From the IMG/VR virus record IMGVR_UViG_3300025158_000005: a stretch of DNA of 64,000 nucleotides; one strand, given 5' to 3'. Shown here in pieces: positions 19,742 through 29,904 of this stretch; the first letter of the stretch is position 1, and the number at the start of each line of letters is the position of its first letter. The notes below the pieces were generated by a model. It was given only the letters and a program-made list of their open reading frames with translations, was not told the origin of the DNA and searched no databases. Position numbers and translations under genes: made by a program. The DNA is from a virus.

Positions 19742-21700
19742 ATGCCAAAATACCTAACCAACATAGACCTACAAAACAATCAATTATTGAATGCCAAAAT
19801 TGGTCTAACGGGAACTGATCCCTCTACTTCTGCAAGCACAGAAGGTCTTATCTGGTGGAACAGTTCGACTCACTTATTAAAGGTTAGCGATCAAGCTGGA
19901 ACAGTTCAAGTCGTCGGTTGGTTGGGTTCATCAACCGCATCATTAGCAGCTAACGGAACAGGCGCAGCCGGTACTGCGACAACAGCCGCACGTTCGGATC
20001 ACACCCACACGTTGCCTGCCAATACGGCAGCATCAACACTTACCGTCGGGGGTGCAGCAACTATTGGTTCAAGTACGGGCGTTGCTCGCGCTGACCACGT
20101 TCACGCTATGCCCGCGGTCGCAACAACTTCTGTTGCTGGTTTCATGTCTGCTGCTGATAAGACGATGTTGACTAATGCACAGGCGGCACAAACAGCTAAT
20201 GCATATCTCGTTCTTCGTGATGCCGATGGTCGATTCCAAGCAACCGATCCTTCTGCTCCCCAAGACGTTGCAACCAAGAATTATGTTGACACCACGGCAC
20301 AAGGTCTAAATGCGAAGTCGTCTGTTCGTGCTGCAACAACCGCAGCCCTAGTCATTACCGCAAGAACATCTAGCACGTTGACGATTGGTGGCACGTCATT
20401 TGCTCTTGATGGTATTACACTTGCAAATAATGATCGTGTTTTGGTTAAGGATTCCACTACTGGTTCTGGTGCTGGTGCGTGGGATAATGGTATATACACT
20501 GTTGGTGGTATTGGAACTTCAGTAGTTCTTACACGCGCCTTAGATCAAGATTTATCATCAGAATTCCCTGCTGCTTATGTATGGATTGATGAGGGTGCGG
20601 TAAACAACGACCAAGGTTGGTTGTGTACTAACACCACAACAGCAGGCGTTACGGTCGGCACAACAGCGATCACATGGGTACAATTCTCTGGTGCAGGTCA
20701 AATTACCGTTACTGCACCGATTCTGAAATCTGGTAACTCTCTGGCTCTTGGCTACGATAACGCCACGATCGGTGTTTCTGGTAATAATATCTACGTCAAG
20801 AATAACAGTATCTCATCAACCCAGATGGCAACATCGTTTACTGCTGCTAACATCTACTCGATTCTGGGCGGCACGTCAACATACGCAACTGGCACCGCAG
20901 GTAAGCTAGTATTTGATACTAGCCCGACTCTTGTTACTCCTACGCTTGGTGTTGCTTCTGCTACCACGATTAACAAGGTAACGATTACTGCGCCTGCTAC
21001 AGGCTCGACATTGACGATCGCCAACGGTAAAACGCTAACTGCAAGTAACACGTTAACATTTACCGGTACAGACTCTTCATCTGTCGCTTTTGGTACTGGT
21101 GGTACGGTTGCTTATACGGCAAACAATTTATCAGTCTTCGCCGCAACTACTTCTGCTCAGTTGTTAGGGGTTATATCAGACGAAACTGGTTCTGGTTCGT
21201 TAGTATTCGCGTCAAGTCCTACTCTAACTACCCCGATTATTGGAACAGTTTATGGCTCAACCGCAGCCTCTGGAACATTAACTCTTTCATCAACAACCCA
21301 TGCGACAAAAGGAACAGTCACTGTAGGCAATTCTAACGCCGGAACATTGACTATGCAAGCGGCAACCATTAATATCAAGGTTGGCGCAGCAGCAACAGGT
21401 GGATACCTCAAGGTAGATGCAACAACTGGACTGTTAAGTATTGACACTACGACCCACGGTGGTGTTAATAAATATGTGACTAGTATTGGTGATGGAACAA
21501 CAACGCAGATTGTTGTGACTCATAACCTTGGTACTGCTGACTTTGTTGCAGAAGTTTATAACAACAGTTCTCCATATGATCGTGTTTATCCTGATATTTG
21601 GCATGCTGATACTGGAGGTATAAATGCAACAACAAAGGCAACATTCGTATTTGCTGTTGCCCCTACATCTAATCAATATCGTGTTGTTATAACTGGTTAA
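19742..21700 (+). CDS. Tail-fibre-like structural protein
   Basis: DVATKNYVD, VRAATT, DRVLVKD, NGIY and THNLGT motifs. Confidence 0.7.
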   Translation: MPKYLTNIDLQNNQLLNAKIGLTGTDPSTSASTEGLIWWNSSTHLLKVSDQAGTVQVVGWLGSSTASLAANGTGAAGTATTAARSDHTHTLPANTAASTLTVGGAATIGSSTGVARADHVHAMPAVATTSVAGFMSAADKTMLTNAQAAQTANAYLVLRDADGRFQATDPSAPQDVATKNYVDTTAQGLNAKSSVRAATTAALVITARTSSTLTIGGTSFALDGITLANNDRVLVKDSTTGSGAGAWDNGIYTVGGIGTSVVLTRALDQDLSSEFPAAYVWIDEGAVNNDQGWLCTNTTTAGVTVGTTAITWVQFSGAGQITVTAPILKSGNSLALGYDNATIGVSGNNIYVKNNSISSTQMATSFTAANIYSILGGTSTYATGTAGKLVFDTSPTLVTPTLGVASATTINKVTITAPATGSTLTIANGKTLTASNTLTFTGTDSSSVAFGTGGTVAYTANNLSVFAATTSAQLLGVISDETGSGSLVFASSPTLTTPIIGTVYGSTAASGTLTLSSTTHATKGTVTVGNSNAGTLTMQAATINIKVGAAATGGYLKVDATTGLLSIDTTTHGGVNKYVTSIGDGTTTQIVVTHNLGTADFVAEVYNNSSPYDRVYPDIWHADTGGINATTKATFVFAVAPTSNQYRVVITG

Positions 21701-21703
21701 TAA

Positions 21704-22039
21704 ATGCAGTTTTTAAATGGTCTTCAACTTACCAACAGTCAGGTAACTATCAGCGGAACCACAGCGGTATCGCTGTTCAGTTATCCAACATCAACATTGG
21801 TTGGTGGTGAGTTGATGATTTTAGCCGAACAAGGTTCGGCTAAAATGATTACGAAACTTCTGTTCATTACTGATGGTACTGCTACAGCAATAACCGATGA
21901 ATATGCGACGATCACTATAGGAACATTCACAGACGTTCCGACGTTCTATGCATCGTATCTATCCGGAACATGCACAGTCTTCGCAAACTGTCCAACGTCA
22001 ACAACATATAAAACAACTTACTCGATTGTGACAAACTAA
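21704..22039 (+). CDS. Small structural protein
   Basis: Beta-rich 111-aa ORF between the fibre gene and gp13. Confidence 0.55.
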   Translation: MQFLNGLQLTNSQVTISGTTAVSLFSYPTSTLVGGELMILAEQGSAKMITKLLFITDGTATAITDEYATITIGTFTDVPTFYASYLSGTCTVFANCPTSTTYKTTYSIVTN

Positions 22040-22040
22040 C

Positions 22041-22967
22041 ATGGCAATATATTCAAGACAGGATTTGGCTGATTACGCACTTAGAAAATTAGGTGCTCCG
22101 GTAATCAATATCGAGGTTGCTGATGCACAATTATCTGATGCAATTGACGACACCATCCGAATGTTTCAAGAATATCATCCAGACGGTATCACTCGTGACT
22201 ATGTGAAGCACCAGTTCACCGCTACGAAAATCACTGTTGACTCCGTTACTGGAATTTCTGTAGGAATTCAACTTAGCACGAGTGGTGGCAGTGCTTCCGT
22301 GCTATCGATTTCGGGAAATGACGTATACGTAGCAAAGACTACGGGCAACCTTTTCTTAGTTAACGATATATTGGAGTTTACTGGTGGCACATGTACGGTG
22401 ACTGCGATTGTGTATGGCGACGCGGATAACAAGTATATTCCTATCGGAAATGATATTGTTGGTATTGAGCGTGTTCTACCTTGGCAGCCATCATACGGCG
22501 ATGGATTGTTTGATATTACGTATCAACTACGCATGAATGATCTAAGAAATTTGGCTGGCGGTAACATGAGTTATTTCACCATGTCAATGGAATACATTTC
22601 AATGTTGGACTTCTTCCTACGTAAAGAGAAGCAATTCAGATTCAATCGTCGTATGGGAAACCTATATTTGGACATTGATTGGAATGCCGAGGTCGTCCCT
22701 GGGCAATATGTCGTTATTGAAGTATATCGTATCGTTGATGATGAAACGTATACCGATCTTTATAATGATATCTGGATTAAGAAGTATGCCACAGAGAAGG
22801 TAAAACTTCAATGGGGAAACAATCTTCGCAAGTACAAGGATCTGGCGCTTCCTGGTGGTGCATATCTAAACGGCGAAAACATCATGATAGAGGCCACGGA
22901 AGCACTCAAGGAACTTGAAGCCGACATGATCAATAACCAAGCTCCATTGCAAATGATGTTAGGATAA
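22041..22967 (+). CDS. gp13: Neck protein gp13
   Basis: YALRKLGAPVINIEV and QWGNNLRKY..LPGG motifs. Confidence 0.92.
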   Translation: MAIYSRQDLADYALRKLGAPVINIEVADAQLSDAIDDTIRMFQEYHPDGITRDYVKHQFTATKITVDSVTGISVGIQLSTSGGSASVLSISGNDVYVAKTTGNLFLVNDILEFTGGTCTVTAIVYGDADNKYIPIGNDIVGIERVLPWQPSYGDGLFDITYQLRMNDLRNLAGGNMSYFTMSMEYISMLDFFLRKEKQFRFNRRMGNLYLDIDWNAEVVPGQYVVIEVYRIVDDETYTDLYNDIWIKKYATEKVKLQWGNNLRKYKDLALPGGAYLNGENIMIEATEALKELEADMINNQAPLQMMLG

Positions 22968-22970
22968 CGA

Positions 22971-23705
22971 ATGGCAGGTCTAGCCAATCCATACTTCAAT
23001 AAGCAACCGGTGAATGAACAGACTCTGTTACAGGGAATCGTAACGGAAGCCATACAAGTCTCGGGGTTCAATGCATTCTATCTTCCAAGACAAACTCAGA
23101 ATCTTGATCTAGTGTTAGGTGAGGATGTCGTTTCAAAGTTTGACAAGCATATCGAGATTGAAATTTATCAGGACTCGTTCTCTGGATTCCAGGGTCAACA
23201 AGAAATGATTTCGAAGTTCGGTCTTGAAATTCGCAACCAGATCGTGTTTCAAATATCGGTTACTAGATGGGCAGTGGAGAAGGATGCGATTGCTTCCGTC
23301 ATGATGAATGGTGGCGATCGTCCGCAAGAAGGCGATTTGATATATGATCCGATTACTAAACGCCTTTATAATATTGTTTATATAGACTTCGATTGGCAAT
23401 TTGTCCAGTTGGGTAAGATGACGTATTCTTACAAAATAACCACTGAACAATATCAATTTGCTAATGACGTTGGCACCACGGGTATTACCGAACTTGATGA
23501 TGCAATCAATCTAGTCAATACAAATCAATATGACTTCGAATTGATGCAGGAAAGTGGATTTAGACTTCTACAGGAAGATGGTTCATCGATTTTCCAAGAA
23601 CATTCAAATGCATCTCCTCTACAATATGATTCGTCGGCAGCACTCAATATCGCGGTTGGACCGATCAAGTTCAACGACAATGATCCGTTCAATAGTCTAC
23701 TATAA
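22971..23705 (+). CDS. gp14: Neck protein gp14
   Basis: YLPR..GED..SKF, SKFGLEIR and RPQEGDLIY motifs. Confidence 0.92.
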   Translation: MAGLANPYFNKQPVNEQTLLQGIVTEAIQVSGFNAFYLPRQTQNLDLVLGEDVVSKFDKHIEIEIYQDSFSGFQGQQEMISKFGLEIRNQIVFQISVTRWAVEKDAIASVMMNGGDRPQEGDLIYDPITKRLYNIVYIDFDWQFVQLGKMTYSYKITTEQYQFANDVGTTGITELDDAINLVNTNQYDFELMQESGFRLLQEDGSSIFQEHSNASPLQYDSSAALNIAVGPIKFNDNDPFNSLL

Positions 23706-24445
23706 TGTTCAAAAATAATCCTTACTACCATAAATCGATACGTAATGCGGTCATTGCATTCGGTAATCTTTTCTCCGGAATTCATCTAGTCGATTATGAA
23801 TCAACAGGAAAGGCTATCAGAAACGTTGAAGTTCCCATTTCATTTGCCAGAAAACAACAGTGGTTACAACGTATTCAAGGTGACCCCGAGTTTCTGAAAA
23901 AGTTCGAAGCGGAGTTGCCTCGAATTTCATTTGATATCATATCAATGGAATATCAAGCAGGAAAGAAAATCGGCAATCACTTCGATCATATGCTTATAAA
24001 CTGTGGAGTACCAAAAACAGTGGGTTCACCTGCACCTTGGAGACTTACATTTGAACTTTCGGCATACTGCAAGACTGTTGATGATTCGCTACAGATTAAG
24101 GAACAAATTCTTCCTTACTTCACTCCATCATTGGCGTTAAATTACTTGCTTCTTCCCGAATACAACTTCTCGATGGACGTACCTGTTACTCTGTTGAGTA
24201 TAACTGATGAAGATAATTATGATGATCTTCATTCAAATAGACGGATAATCGATACATATACGTTTGCGATGGACGTTCAACTGTTCGGACCGACTTCTAA
24301 TAATGTTGGAGTCATTAAGGAAACGATTGCAAATATCAACACGATGGACGGTACTCCAATGGAAACAAATAATTCTGTTGTCGTGCCAAGAACAGCAAAT
24401 AAGACGGATGCTTATACGATTGCTGCAAACTGGACGATACTATGA
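23705..24445 (+). CDS. gp15: Tail sheath stabiliser/terminator gp15
   Basis: YYHKSIR..VIAFGNLF, LPRISF and EQILPYF motifs. Confidence 0.92.
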   Translation: MFKNNPYYHKSIRNAVIAFGNLFSGIHLVDYESTGKAIRNVEVPISFARKQQWLQRIQGDPEFLKKFEAELPRISFDIISMEYQAGKKIGNHFDHMLINCGVPKTVGSPAPWRLTFELSAYCKTVDDSLQIKEQILPYFTPSLALNYLLLPEYNFSMDVPVTLLSITDEDNYDDLHSNRRIIDTYTFAMDVQLFGPTSNNVGVIKETIANINTMDGTPMETNNSVVVPRTANKTDAYTIAANWTIL

Positions 24446-24870
24446 AAGAAATTGAAAAGATGCTCAACATAGTACCATCAGATATTCATTCTGCTGAGCT
24501 AAGTTTGTCTGCGATTATGCCTCAAGAAGTTGAAACTCCAGAGGATCCAGATTTTGCATACGCTCGTCTGAATTTATATTCGATCATGGAACAAGGTAAG
24601 ATGGCGTTAGAAGGTGCCTTGCGCGTGGCCGAACAGTCGGAGAATCCACGTGCATATGAAGTGGTTGGTGGGCTTATTGGTCAAATGGCTGCATTAAATA
24701 AAACACTAATGCAACTAGGTAAGGATAAAGAAGACGTAAAGACCGCTCGGAAGGGCAATAGTTCGCCGACTGCGGCCACGCAAGCCTCAGTAATGAATAA
24801 TACAGCAATATTTGTCGGTTCAGGCAACGATATTAATAAACTAATCGCAGAGAGATTGGGTAATAAATGA
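24442..24870 (+). CDS. gp16: Terminase small subunit gp16
   Basis: DFAYAR.NL, SENPRAYEV and NNTAIFVGS motifs. Confidence 0.9.
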   Translation: MKEIEKMLNIVPSDIHSAELSLSAIMPQEVETPEDPDFAYARLNLYSIMEQGKMALEGALRVAEQSENPRAYEVVGGLIGQMAALNKTLMQLGKDKEDVKTARKGNSSPTAATQASVMNNTAIFVGSGNDINKLIAERLGNK

Positions 24871-25145
24871 AAACATTCAAAGAGTTCGTAAAAGAAGCAA
24901 AATGGGTAACCGACCCGGAAGAACCCGCTACAGGGCTAAAACGCGGAGATTCTGTTTATCATAGGGAAAATGGGCATACGCTTAGAACTGCAACGTATCT
25001 TCAAACTGATACTAAGAATGGTGATCATATTATCAAACACAAGGTACAGGATAAAGATGAACTCGCCGGCGGAATCCGGCGAGTAAAAGCAAAGGACGTA
25101 TTCCGGGACCCGGGTGACGCTTGGAAGAATCCGTATAAAGTATGA
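24867..25145 (+). CDS. Putative internal head protein with a capsid-targeting sequence
   Basis: MKTFKEFVKEA resembles the T4 IP leaders MKTFKEF/MKTYQEFIAE. Confidence 0.6.
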   Translation: MKTFKEFVKEAKWVTDPEEPATGLKRGDSVYHRENGHTLRTATYLQTDTKNGDHIIKHKVQDKDELAGGIRRVKAKDVFRDPGDAWKNPYKV

Positions 25146-25210
25146 AAACATTCATAGAATTTGTTCTTTCAGTCCGAGTTTATCATGGTCTATATGCGTA
25201 AGAAGGATAA

Positions 25211-26833
25211 ATGATAGAATTATCCCAAATTGAGGAATATTTACAGCATCTTTCCTTTAAATCGAACCCCAATCTTAGACCTGTAAATTCACCCATCGAA
25301 TATACTGAGGAAATGCTTGATGAATATATCAAGTGTTCCCAGGACCCGATATATTTTATATGTAAGTACGTCAAGGTAGTTCACCCTGATCGCGGTGTAG
25401 TCCTTATGGAATTGTACGACTATCAGAAAGAGATGGTCGATTCATATTATCATAACAGATTTTCTATCGTTCGAACAGCCCGGCAGCAGGGCAAAACCCA
25501 AACTGCCGCTGCATTTTTCGTTTGGTATATCATATTCAACGATAATAAGTCTGTTGCTGTTCTCGCCAATAAGCAAGCAACCTCCGATGAAATTCTATCA
25601 CGTATCAGAATGTCATATGAGAATCTTCCTAAGTGGTTGCAGATGGGCGTCAAGGTTTTTAATAGAAGATCGATTGAACTAGAGAATGGTTCAAAGTTAT
25701 TCGGTGCTGCCACATCAAGTTCTGGTATTCGTGGTAAAACAATCAATCTTCTGTATATCGATGAAATGGCGTTCATTCAGAATACAGCCTTTGAGGAATT
25801 CTTCACGTCGGTATATCCAACAATTACGGCTTCACGGGATGCCCGCGTAATTCTTACCAGTACGCCTAATGGTTTCAATCATTTTTACAAGTTCTGGTCT
25901 GATGCAGAAAAAGGAATAAACGGTTTCAATCCAGTTCGTGTTCATTGGTATCAAACTCCTGGAAGAGATCAGAAATGGTTCGAGTCTCAGATGGCGATTC
26001 TGGGTGAACAAAAGGGAGCACAGGAAATTCTTGCTGAGTTCATGGGTTCGAGTAGACAATTACTGTCAGCAACAACCATGGCAACGCTTACATATGACAT
26101 TCCAATAAAGACATATGAAGGCGAATTCGCTGGGCTAAAGGTCTACAAAACTCCAGAGAAAGATCGCGTATATACCATGACTGTTGACGTATCAAGAGGT
26201 CGTCATTTGGATGCCTCTGCATTCTCAATATTCGACGTAACCGAATATCCGCATCGAGTTGCCGCAACATATAAGAACAATGAAGTTCCCCCTTTGATGT
26301 ACGCGGGCATTTGTTTCAATATGGCAAAAAATTATAATGAAGCATTTATTCTAGTAGAAATCAATGATGTTGGTGCCCAGGTGGCTGATGAACTCTTTCA
26401 CACCTACGAATATGAGAATCTTTACTGGACCAAATCCGGTGACGTACTAGGTAAGAAAGGTGCCGACCCGTATCCTGGCATTAGAACGACCAAAAAGACT
26501 AAACGGATTGGTTGTGCAAACTTGAAGGATATCGTAGAGAGAAATCAACTTATCGTAAATGATGCCGATACGATAACCGAACTAAGTACATTCGTTCAAG
26601 CAGACTCTGGTACATGGGAAGCCGATGATGGATTCCATGATGATATGGTTGCAACTTTATGGTTATTCGCTTGGTTGGTAACTCAACCGTGGTTCGTTGA
26701 TCTTACTGATAGAAGCATGAGAAATAAGATGTATCTAGCCAAGGAAAAGGAGATGGAAGACTCCTTGACTCCGTTCGGTTTTATACAAGACGGATTATCT
26801 GATGAACTAGAAGAAGTAAATCTCAACTGGTAA
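25211..26833 (+). CDS. gp17: Terminase large subunit gp17
   Basis: RQQGKT Walker A, LYIDE Walker B, STPNG and HDDMV nuclease motifs. Confidence 0.97.
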   Translation: MIELSQIEEYLQHLSFKSNPNLRPVNSPIEYTEEMLDEYIKCSQDPIYFICKYVKVVHPDRGVVLMELYDYQKEMVDSYYHNRFSIVRTARQQGKTQTAAAFFVWYIIFNDNKSVAVLANKQATSDEILSRIRMSYENLPKWLQMGVKVFNRRSIELENGSKLFGAATSSSGIRGKTINLLYIDEMAFIQNTAFEEFFTSVYPTITASRDARVILTSTPNGFNHFYKFWSDAEKGINGFNPVRVHWYQTPGRDQKWFESQMAILGEQKGAQEILAEFMGSSRQLLSATTMATLTYDIPIKTYEGEFAGLKVYKTPEKDRVYTMTVDVSRGRHLDASAFSIFDVTEYPHRVAATYKNNEVPPLMYAGICFNMAKNYNEAFILVEINDVGAQVADELFHTYEYENLYWTKSGDVLGKKGADPYPGIRTTKKTKRIGCANLKDIVERNQLIVNDADTITELSTFVQADSGTWEADDGFHDDMVATLWLFAWLVTQPWFVDLTDRSMRNKMYLAKEKEMEDSLTPFGFIQDGLSDELEEVNLNW

Positions 26834-26976
26834 GCGAACGAAGCGAGTGCGGCGAATTCGCTAATGGTTTAAATTACCATACGCAACGGCAGCGACCGGA
26901 GGGATAGTGCATAAGTAGTAATCAATGGGAGATAATGCACAATCTAGCGAACTTCGTTCGCACTCGCTTCGCTCGT
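26834..26976. ncRNA. Candidate structured non-coding element (long imperfect inverted repeat with internal hairpins)
   Basis: The arms CGAAGCGAGTGCG..TTCGCTA and TAGCGAA..CGCACTCGCTTCG enclose ATGGT/ACCAT and GTGCAT/ATGCAC stems. Confidence 0.5.
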
Positions 26977-27047
26977 AGATTCATTTGGATTTAGATTAGA
27001 ACTTATAAGATGCATCCATGAATTTACCATCTAGCACCCATTCATTA

Positions 27048-27077
27048 ATGCTAACACTGCGCGGTTATTTTTGTCAA
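27048..27077 (-). promoter_or_regulatory. Sigma70-like promoter TTGACA-N18-TAGCAT with an extended TG
   Basis: Minus-strand motif pointing into the 26834-26976 structure. Confidence 0.45.
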
Positions 27078-27234
27078 ATTTATTTGTTACGGTTCATTGA
27101 AATCAATGACATATAAATATTTGACAATTGCGTTTTCTTGTGATTTTGAAGTCTAAATAAGTGCAAAACAAGAGAAGTGCTAAATATATTTGTGAAAATA
27201 TTCACCAAATGTTATAATTTTAAGGAGTTTTAGA

Positions 27235-29232
27235 ATGCCTATCCAAACAAGCCCAAGTGTGGCCATTGTCGAAACCGACTTTTCTCAAATAGTGCCTCTT
27301 GCGGCTACTGGCGCTGGCGCAATCGTCGGTCAGTTCCCAACTGGGCCACTTCTACAACCTGTTCTATGTACATCAACAACTGATCTACAGAATTACTTCG
27401 GAACACCAAATAACGACAACTACAAAGAATGGTTTACTGCATGGAACTTCCTGCAATATTCCGGTTCTCTTTGGGTTACTCGTATCCAAGCCACTGGTGT
27501 AATGAATGCCGCTGCTAAGAAGTCCGGTTCAACATCTGGAATTCTTCTTGGTAATCAAACTGCATATGATATGTCTACTGAGCTAAGTCTAACTACCGCT
27601 GGCGAGTGGATTTGTAAGCAACCAGGTGCTCTAGGAAATGCACTCGAAGTTATCATGATTGATAACGGAACATGGGCAACCTTTCAAGCAGATTATAACA
27701 AGTCTCTGTCATACAACGTTGCTACGGCTGCAATCGCTACCGACGTTGCTACGATTACTGGTTCAGGTTTCCCATTCGCAACCGGGGATAGCGTGACTCT
27801 TGCTGGATTTATCGGCGACGACGCAGTATTCAACGGCACCCATACTCTTGCATCTGCATCTTCAGGGTCGTTGACGTTTGCGATCACTTCGGTTGATTAT
27901 TCGGCAGCAAGTATCTCTACCGCTTGCACTGTAACAGGTAATGCTCTGTACATGAGTGAAAGCCGTCACCTATATTCATATTTGAAGTTTGGTAAACCAA
28001 CAACAACAACGTTCATGTCAGCTACAAATGCCGCTGTTATGGACGAACTAACGGTTTTCGTTATCGATAAAACTGGTGCAATTACCGGTGTTGCTGGTCG
28101 CATTCTTGAGTTGTGGGAAGGACTATCTAAGGTAGCAGATGCAACGAACTATCTTGGTCAAGGTATCTACTACGCAACGTTCATGAACGTAAATTCAAAC
28201 TGGTGTTACTGGGCTTCTGAACCTTCTACCGGAACTGGTCTTGCATGGGGTAACGTATCTTCAACGTATTCTACTGGCGTTGCTCAACAAATGACTACCC
28301 TGTATGTCGTTTCCATGTCTGCCGGTGATGACGGTTCGTTGACTGGACCTGAAAAGATCGCTGCACTACAAAACGCATATTCAGTATACTCCGATAAAGA
28401 ACAGATTCCTCTCGCATACATCATGACTGTTGATTATCCAGCCAACGTTGTTCAATATGCAGTTGATATCGCCGAAACTCGCCGCGATTGTATCGTGTTT
28501 GTCTCCGCTAACAACAGCGGAGTACCATTCACCGCTGCTTCGACCGTTGTTAATGATCTTCAAACCTTCCGCGGTGTGACGCTGAATGTAAACAGTTCAT
28601 ACGCATTCCTAGACTCCGGTTACAAGTATCAATTCGACGGATTCAACCAAGTTTATCGTTGGATTCCTCTGAACGGTGACACCGCTGGTCTATGCGCAAA
28701 CCTAGATGCAAACTATCAATCTTGGTTCTCTCCAGCCGGTTTCACCCGCGGTCAAATCAAGAATGCTGTCAAGATTTCGACTCCATTGAATCAAGCTGCA
28801 CGTGATATTCTGTATCCTCAGCAAGTCAATGCAGTTGTTTCTTTCCCTACCAAGGGTACAGTCCTGTTTGGTGACCGCACAATGCAATCCAAGCAATCTG
28901 CTTTCCAAAGCTACAACATTCGTAGACTGTTTATCATTCTTAAGAAGTCCATTCAAACTGCCGCTCAATATCAGTTGTTTGAGTTGAATACACCTAACAC
29001 CCGTAATAACTTTGTGGGTATGGTGAAGCCATTCTTGGCAAGCGTAAAAGCAAATCAAGGTTTGGCAGACTTCTTGGTTGTGTGTGACAGTACAAACAAC
29101 ACGGACGCAACAATCGCAGCCGGGCAGTTCATTGCTGATATTTACATCAAGCCACTATATTCAATCCAATACGTTGTATTGAATTTCGTTGCTGTGAAGT
29201 CATCGGTGCAGTTCAACACACTACACGCCTAA
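27235..29232 (+). CDS. gp18: Tail sheath gp18
   Basis: SPSVAIVETD, YKYQFD..N..YRWIPLNGD, WFSPAG..RG and LFGDRT motifs. Confidence 0.97.
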   Translation: MPIQTSPSVAIVETDFSQIVPLAATGAGAIVGQFPTGPLLQPVLCTSTTDLQNYFGTPNNDNYKEWFTAWNFLQYSGSLWVTRIQATGVMNAAAKKSGSTSGILLGNQTAYDMSTELSLTTAGEWICKQPGALGNALEVIMIDNGTWATFQADYNKSLSYNVATAAIATDVATITGSGFPFATGDSVTLAGFIGDDAVFNGTHTLASASSGSLTFAITSVDYSAASISTACTVTGNALYMSESRHLYSYLKFGKPTTTTFMSATNAAVMDELTVFVIDKTGAITGVAGRILELWEGLSKVADATNYLGQGIYYATFMNVNSNWCYWASEPSTGTGLAWGNVSSTYSTGVAQQMTTLYVVSMSAGDDGSLTGPEKIAALQNAYSVYSDKEQIPLAYIMTVDYPANVVQYAVDIAETRRDCIVFVSANNSGVPFTAASTVVNDLQTFRGVTLNVNSSYAFLDSGYKYQFDGFNQVYRWIPLNGDTAGLCANLDANYQSWFSPAGFTRGQIKNAVKISTPLNQAARDILYPQQVNAVVSFPTKGTVLFGDRTMQSKQSAFQSYNIRRLFIILKKSIQTAAQYQLFELNTPNTRNNFVGMVKPFLASVKANQGLADFLVVCDSTNNTDATIAAGQFIADIYIKPLYSIQYVVLNFVAVKSSVQFNTLHA

Positions 29233-29242
29233 CATTATAACG

Positions 29243-29270
29243 GAGAGGGAGTAAAATCCCTCTCTAAATA
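29243..29270 (+). terminator. Hairpin GAGAGGGA/TCCCTCTC abutting a late promoter TAAATA
   Basis: 8-bp stem between gp18 and gp19. Confidence 0.5.
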
Positions 29271-29294
29271 AAACAGTAACAAGGAGAAAGCCAA

Positions 29295-29885
29295 ATGGCA
29301 AATTTGACAAGTTTTAGAGAAACAATTGGTGGTGGTGTTCGCCCTAACCAGTTTGAAGTTCAACTTACCGATTTTGGTGGACCAATGTTTATCGACAACG
29401 GGGTGTTCTCATTCCTGTGTCATGCATCAAGTCTACCGGGCAGCACAATCGGACAAGCAACCGCCTTTCACCGCGGTCGTGCAGTACCTTTAGCAGGTGA
29501 GCGTATATTCGAACCTTGGACAGTCACGATTTATGCTGATCAGGGAATGGAAATTCGTACCGCCTTTGAACAGTGGTCCTCATACATTAACGACTACGCA
29601 AATAACTCTGGCGAAACAACGCCTTCGAATTATTCCGCAAGTGGTTACGTTATGCTTCTTGATCGTGCATCGAATCCTATCAAGACGTATCAAGTTATTG
29701 GTATCTGGCCAATAAATATTTCCGATATGCAACTCGGCTGGCAACAAAATGACGTTCTAGCAGAGTTTACCGTAACTTTCGCTGTAACAAGCATTGATCC
29801 AATGGCATCAACTCCTGGTCTGATTACAGCAGGTGACGATCCTACTATGGGTGGTTCCGCGCGAAACAATCCTGCAATCGCTTAA
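29295..29885 (+). CDS. gp19: Tail tube gp19
   Basis: GGVRPNQFEV, LPGS, RGR..LAGER.F.PWTVT and IWP motifs. Confidence 0.95.
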   Translation: MANLTSFRETIGGGVRPNQFEVQLTDFGGPMFIDNGVFSFLCHASSLPGSTIGQATAFHRGRAVPLAGERIFEPWTVTIYADQGMEIRTAFEQWSSYINDYANNSGETTPSNYSASGYVMLLDRASNPIKTYQVIGIWPINISDMQLGWQQNDVLAEFTVTFAVTSIDPMASTPGLITAGDDPTMGGSARNNPAIA

Positions 29886-29904
29886 TTGGAATTAGAATTA
29901 CTTT

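Noticed and set aside
1261-21676. Many minus-strand ORFs of 60-170 aa opposite structural genes
   Set aside because: They are shadows of Thr/Gly/Ala codon bias and have no RBS or motifs.
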